A stretch of 64,000 nucleotides of DNA from Hormiphora californensis (lineage: Eukaryota; Animalia; Ctenophora), in NCBI GenBank assembly GCA_020137815.1, contig CM035360.1:1116001-1180000 (forward strand), read 5' to 3'. The notes under the pieces were generated by a model. The model searched no databases and had not been told where the DNA came from. It saw only the letters and a program-made list of their open reading frames with translations. The position numbers were made by a program, and so were the translations under genes. Shown here piece by piece: positions 57,527 to 64,000 of the stretch. Every line of letters starts with the position of its first letter. Position 1 is the first letter of the stretch.

Positions 57527-60204
57527 ATGGAGGAGATATACCCAACGGCGGGACAGGATGAAATAACTCCAACTACCACTTCCGACTTTACCGTGAACTG
57601 GATCAACGTTCATACTGCATGCAGGGTATGTATTCACTTTTTGTAAATTTAATTTTATCGCAGGGTATGCATTCACTTTTTGTAAATTTAATTTTATCGC
57701 AGGGTATGTATTCACTTTTTGTAAATTTAATTTTATCGCAGGGTATGTATTCACTTTTTGTAAATTTAATTTTGTCGCAGGGTATGTATTCGCTTTTTGT
57801 GAACTTAATTTCATAGCAGAGTGCGCTTATGAAATAAAATGTAGTTTAAGCTACACAAAAATTAATAAGCTCTTTTTTCACAAATTAAAACAAGTTGGTT
57901 TTTTCATAACTTTGGAAAGCAATTAATCATCTTCGTAATAAATGGAAAGATGCAATTGATATTCTACCGTTATAATTAAATTATAATTAAATTAGTTATA
58001 ATTAAATCTCGTTTCAGTTTTACCTGATCCCCTTCATGGTTTTCCTTCCTCCGATGAGCCTGTTAACGTTGATGGTGTACAGGCGGAAAGATAAAAATAA
58101 AACGGTGTTTCTGAACATCCAGCTCTCCATTGTGAACATACTTACCGCGTTCCTTCTTTTACCAATGTTCTTTTCTTTTTATCAGTAAGTTAAACAGTAT
58201 AGTAACCAACCAACCAACCCATCCTGTAGGCAGGCATGATACAAATCAGAATTTCCAGGATGTAAATTCAGATTTTGCCGCAAATTTGAATGTGAATTTT
58301 AAACCCCTCTACTAGGTTACTGTCAGAAAGGAAAGGTAAAATGTTGGATCCAGACTCCGACGAGGCGCTCAGTACGGAGTTTTGTAAGAGTCTGGCAATC
58401 ACCTACTATCTTGTTACCTCCCTCTACTTCATTACCCTCTTTGGGCTTTCGTTAGATCGAATGATAGCAATATCAATTCCCCTAAAATACCGGCAACTCT
58501 CACCATACATTTACATGTAAGTGTAATTTAGTGCATTATACCAAAGATTTAAAAGACAGCTTCTCCCATACCCCAATTTGACAGTGCGTTCAGATGGGGT
58601 CGCGGCGTCAGACAGACTTCTCCATTTGATCGGTTTTTGATTAATTTTTTTACTAAAAATCCAATTTTCCCCTTCAGAAAAAGCCTTCTCGTGTTATGGT
58701 CTATTTTCATCATTCTGCCCACAATCGGAGTCAGTACGCCTAACAGAGCCGATGGAAACGTGGCCTATTTCCGGTATTTACCGGGCCAGTTCATAAACGC
58801 TGATCACTACAGCATAATGTGTGGAATACGGTTCAGTGTTGAGCCGAGTTATAGTTCAGGATCATACAAGTTTATCCAACCGACTGCCGCACAAAAGGTT
58901 TGAACCATCTTCTTGTAGAATCTAAAAATTTTAAAAAAATGACTTAGACGAGAATTTCAGGATGGTGTGAAAATAATACCCCCATTACTTATATCCTTTC
59001 AAAATAACACATGATGTATATACAACCCGCTTTTTATCAGATTTACTGTTTCGTGCTAATGGTCATTCCGTATGTGATAATACCTATCCTGACCCTCATC
59101 CTAACAATGGCAACTATGGTCAAACTTTTAAAGGTAAGACGTGGTTACGTCAACTAAGTTGCCTGGTTTCATCAACTAAGTTTATCAACTACAAGAAAAT
59201 ATCAAGATGTTATTCACTCAAGATGTTATTCACTCCTTTAGTCACTTTAGGTTGTTCAGAGCTGTAGAAGATCAGATCCTCTAAACTCTAACCATCACTT
59301 TCAGTTTTTCTTCAAGCGAAGAAAGTTACAAGGAGCAAAAGTTGCGTTACGAAAATTTACAAAAGGTAATGCATGAAAGGATAAGTCATCTTAATTGCGT
59401 TTTAAATTTTCATGCATTGTAAATAAGTATCTTTCTATGGTAACATGTTGCTATGGTAGCATGTTGATATGGTAACATGTTGCTATGGTAGCATGTTGCT
59501 ATGGTAACATGTTGCTATGGTAGAATGTTGCTATGGTAACCCCTCTCTCTCCTCAGTAGACTCTGAAGAACCAGTAGGGGTGCATTTATCGCCCCAAGTA
59601 GCGGATAAAGTTACCCGGCCGAGTATCCCAACAAGTATTAAAATGGTGAAGAAGACGGAATACCACGTTAACGCCTTTGTCACCCTACTCATCCTCCTCT
59701 TTGCTTTCTTCGCTTGCCACTTTCTTTGGTAAAGATGCACACACTACTTTCATTTTACCGGGTTCACCGGGGAAAGACAAATAATTTCATTTTAAATAAT
59801 GAAAATACGAGCGATTTTGGTACTTAGAAATAAGTTACCGTAGCTTTCAAATGGGTATCCGTATTCTTCCTAACAAATAGTTCCATTTTGTTCCTAACAA
59901 ATATATCTCACTGTACAGGTGGATTCAAAGGATAGGTGAAGCATGTTTCTACATCACAGGGGTAAACTTCTACGATCAAACATCCCTTTTCAATAACTCG
60001 AAATCCATTATTCTTGGGACATTTTTCGCGTACTGTGGGCCCCTTTTCTATGGTATCCTCCTACCACTCATCCTGCTGTGGAGGCAGATCAGCTTTAGGA
60101 AGGAGTGGATTGGATTATTTCGGGATGCAAAGGCGAATACTCTCGAAATGTCACAGCTATTTTCACGGGCACGAGTTAACAATACTACTGCAGCAGGATC
60201 TTAA
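57527..60204 (+). CDS. Rhodopsin-like (class A) G protein-coupled receptor
   Basis: Phase-consistent exons 57527-57625, 58018-58184, 58316-58516, 58678-58897, 59041-59133, 59305-59365, 59557(or 59560)-59728, 59919-60204. Seven hydrophobic segments; TM3 FCKSLAITYY..LFGLSLDRMIAISIPLKY (DRY-like); TM4 Trp; TM5 IP; TM6 FFACH; divergent TM7. Confidence 0.85.
57621..57812. repeat. 39-bp tandem repeat (5 copies) containing the GPCR exon 1 splice donor
   Basis: Unit GCAGGGTATGTATTCACTTTTTGTAAATTTAATTTTATC. Confidence 0.95.
59436..59540. repeat. 16-bp tandem repeat (CTATGGTAACATGTTG)n in a GPCR intron
   Basis: About 6.5 copies abutting the acceptor polypyrimidine tract. Confidence 0.9.
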
Positions 60205-60890
60205 GGGGAAAATCACACCAAATGATACTACAGCATGCTGCATCAGGATCTTAACCGTACTGTCGATATGATATAATGTTGTTTCAGCTTCTCTGATTTA
60301 ACTTTGGGTCACGTGACTTAAAAATCATTCCTACATCCCTGATACTCCTCGAAATATCAGCTGATACTCCACGAAATACCAGATAATCCAGTGATTCCAA
60401 GACTCAGAATATCAGTGATTTCAATTAGGCCCATTAAAGAAGTTAACGAATTAACGAATTATCTCAACCATCTTATTCTTAGTGATTTGTCTTCTGACTT
60501 ATTCAAGATATTTTATCAACTTTTGCTTTGATTGACTGATGTGCGATTTTTTATGTGTTTTAATTTGACACTCGTTTGACCATGAATTGATTATTGGTGA
60601 ACTTAGGTCTTAAAACCTGTCAGAGCATTGGCGTGACAGAAATTTCGACACATGGAAGATAGTTTTGGAACTGTTGTCAAAACTATAGAAACTGATTGAG
60701 ATTTGAGTACTGTATTTTTCGATCAGACCCACTTTCTCGAACCAGAACAAGAAATTACTGGAGCAATTTTTTAAGTCTATCAACTCTGTTTGTCTGTGTG
60801 TGTAAGGTATTGGGTTTCATACACGAGAAAGAGAGAGAAAGGACGGAGCGAGTTACATCTCCTCCCTTATCTCTGAAATTTGAATTTATT

Positions 60891-62306
60891 ATGCTGTTTT
60901 GTTTCTTTGTTGTTCTTCTTCTCCTAAGCAATGTGTTGAGTTTCACTGAGGTACAACTACAAATCCAACTATCAGCGTGCCTTTATAACTGCCATAAACA
61001 GGTTGGAACATGACACCCACTCTTGTTAGCACGGGGACGATCCAAAAAAAAGAAGAAAAAGACACTCACTCTCTGCTTTCCATACTGGATTGTATGCTGG
61101 TTCTGTCAAACTCGTTCGTGCCATATCAGTTTTTATATTTCATGCCCCTATATAATCTCACCACTCATTTCCTCCCAGTACACACTACCTGAGCTAGATC
61201 TCTGTACTTCCTACTGCACCCCATCAGCAGCATGTAGTGCAGCAGGTGACTCTGATATCTGTAGAATCCTCTGCTATGATGATATCTGTCGGGAATGCTG
61301 CAGAGTCATGGGCGAGCCGGTTACCTGGGATACGCCGTGTAGGGAGGAGATTGAGATAGAGGTGGAGGAGGGGTATACTTTCAATACCTTGGATGTAAGG
61401 TAGGTAAATTGAAATAGTCTTCTGACTGCATGCTGTATGAATTGTTTGTGATTCGGCGCCGACACCGTTTTAATCCAGTGTGCTCAAATCGGCCGTCGGA
61501 AAGCCTACAAAGCTGTTTTATCAGATTGATTAGGTTAGGATGTGTTCCATACTGTTCAATGTTCTCCGTTCTGAATACAGTCGGACCCCGAATTACCGGG
61601 CCCCGATTTACCGTAACCCCGATTTACCGTAACCCCGATTTACCGGGAGGATAAAATTCCCCCGATATAGGAAATTAACGGTATTTGACCCCGATATACC
61701 GGGTACCCCGATTTACCGGGCAAAACCCTTTCCCCCGAGCATCCCGGTAAATCAGGGTCCGACTGTACCTAGCTTCCTGTGATTCACTGAATTTAGATTC
61801 GGATTCAGCTAGTAAATTTTAATTCTCATAGCAGCTCCACCTTTCAGGTTGTCAGATGATTGTGCTCCCTATCATCACCTAATCCTGCTCGTCCAGACTA
61901 TTGATGATGATGAGTCCCAGGTTGCGGACTACAAGATGGGACCCAACGCTACATTCACTGGTCTCCTACCTTTTACCATCTACGACCTATCCCCGTCCTT
62001 GTCATTACCCATCACCTATCATGTTGAGGTTGTGTCTCTTGAGTTGTCCTGTTCCCAGAGACACAATGAGACGTTTCAGATTGAGTATGACATCACCACT
62101 CCACTCGACCAAGGTGATCTAATGTAGTGACAAACAATCTTAATGCCGTTTTAAGTTAAGGCAAGTGCCCTTTTCATTTTAAATTCCCCGTAATAAGTGA
62201 CACAGACATGACAGCTGAATTATAAATGGAAGGGAAAACCATTTAACTTAATGGCAGCTGCACCTTACTCAACAGCTTTCAAAAGCCTTTTCTGTCTATT
62301 TCTCTA

Positions 62307-62396
<90 letters not shown>

Positions 62397-64000
62397 AGTA
62401 ATTACAGAGTTGGAACTGCTGTCCCTACCCCTCCACGACGACTGGCTGAACACCACTAAAGGTGTGCCCAGCAATCAAGAAGACCTCTGTTATGGGTTTA
62501 AGACAATCTACCTCCACGAGGGGATGTGGCTTTATAATAAGGATGATATGCTAATTCCAGAGAACTCGGCGGATATAACTGTTACGCGGCCCTACCCAGT
62601 TCCGGTTAAGGGTATAGGTAATTCACGATGGGATTGTGTTCAAGGGTTATACTGCTCCAGGAGACTCGGTAACAACTTCCTCGTCCAGGTTTGTGTTTGG
62701 TACAATGATTCCCTTTTTGGTACAATATGATTCCCTTTTGGTACAATGATTCCCTTTTGGTACAATATGATTCCCTTTTGGTACAATGATTCCCTTTTGG
62801 TACAATGATTCCCTTTTGGTACAATGATTCCCTTTTTGATGGAATGATTCCCTTTTGGTACAATGATTCCCTTTTGGTACAATGATTCCCTTTTTGATGG
62901 AATGATTCCTTTTTGGTACAATATGATTCCCTTTTGGTACAATATGATTCCCTTTTGGTACAATGATTCCCTTTTGGTACAATGATTCCTTTTTGGTACA
63001 ATGATTCCCTTTTGGTACAATGATTCCCTTTTGGTACAATGATTCCCTTTTGGTACAATGATTCCCTTTTGGTACAATGATTCCCTTTTGGTACAATGAT
63101 TCCCTTTTGGTACAATATGATTCCCTTTTGGTACAATATGATTCCCTTTTTGGTACAATATGATTCCCTTTTGGTACAATATGATTCCCTTTTTGGTACA
63201 ATATGATTCCCTTTTGGTACAATGATTCCCTTTTGGTACAATGATTCCCTTTTGGTACAATGATTCCCTTTTGGTACAATGATTCCCTTTTGGTACAATG
63301 ATTCCCTTTTGGTACAATGATTCCCTTTTGGTACAATGATTCCCTTTTGGTACAATGATTCCCTTTTGGTACAATATGATTCCCTTTTGGTACAATATGA
63401 TTCCCTTTTTGGTACAATATGATTCCCTTTTTGGTACAATGATTCCCTTTTGGTACAATATGATTCCCTTTTTGGTACAATATGATTCCCTTTTTGGTAC
63501 AATATGATTCCCTTTTGGTACAATGATTCCCTTTTTGGTACAATATGATTCCCTTTTGGTACAATATGATTCCCTTTTGGTACAATGATTCCCTTTTTGA
63601 TGGAGTAACGCAGCGACTAAATTGACTGAATAAACGAATGGGATTTCGTAAAATTGGGCTAACCCGTCCCCAAACTATTAATATCCTAGTCCAAATCTTG
63701 GACGGTGAAACCCTGAATTATGGTTAATCCGCAGGTCGCACAGAAGGGTTCTGGTGAACTAATAAATGGAAGCGAAACAGCTGCCGTTTTATCCTACAAA
63801 CCAAGAAAACGTCAATACTGTTTCCACTACCCTCTCTCCGGGCCCCCCACGGACAACTACACCGTGGGATTCTGTGGAAATTCCACGGGGAACACGGGGT
63901 CCCTGTGGCTGGACGTTCAATTACCAAATGCATCCCACGTGGTTGACCGGGTGGTCCAGTTGGGCATATCTCCCAAGGATCTTCCTATGGATGATAAACA
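60891..64000 (+). CDS. Uncharacterised Cys-rich secreted or membrane protein, 3' partial
   Basis: Signal-peptide exon 60891-60950 ([20 protein letters not shown]), then phase-consistent exons 61179-61399 (Cys-rich), 61848-62113, 62399-62688 and 63735-end. The frame of the last exon is uncertain. Confidence 0.6.
61578..61765. mobile_element. MITE, CAGTCGGACCCCGATTT family
   Basis: TA|CAGTCGGACCCCGAATTACCGGG...TCAGGGTCCGACTG|TA. Confidence 0.88.
62697..63600. repeat. Intronic 19-22 bp satellite (GGTACAAT[AT]GATTCCCTTTT[T])n
   Basis: About 45 copies beginning just after the donor at 62689. The three long minus-strand ORFs (62606-63585) are repeat artefacts. Confidence 0.96.

Noticed and set aside
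62606-63585. Three long minus-strand ORFs (272-312 aa)
   Set aside because: Translations of a stop-free 19-22 bp satellite inside an intron.

Overview
Repeat-rich eukaryotic genomic DNA with GT-AG introns. It is most likely from a ctenophore (Pleurobrachia-like), judged from a 37-nt sequence at 44997-45033 (-) that I recall as the ctenophore spliced leader; this recollection needs verifying. Host genes, all on the + strand: a SCHIP1-like gene (810-4085), PTRHD1 (6754-7246), a 10-exon RNF19-type RBR E3 ligase (7464-32611), a 7-exon rhodopsin-class GPCR (57527-60204) and a Cys-rich secreted protein running off the window end. The RNF19 introns host a 5'-truncated L2/CR1-group LINE, a piggyBac-like foldback element, a Gypsy LTR retrotransposon, a satellite-bearing TIR element and an intronless same-strand GT4 glycosyltransferase. 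The rest of the window is dense with TTAA/TA/8-bp-TSD MITEs and long palindromes. Most notable: (1) a LINE whose 5' end is a spliced-leader exon and whose ORF2 is internally deleted, i.e. an apparently trans-spliced retrotransposon RNA that re-integrated; (2) a Gypsy element with TG...TA LTR ends and a 12-bp target duplication, inserted into a hammerhead-like remnant; (3) the nested glycosyltransferase and operon-like gene spacing; (4) tandem duplications seeded on splice donors. All gene models were built by eye, and no database searches were run.
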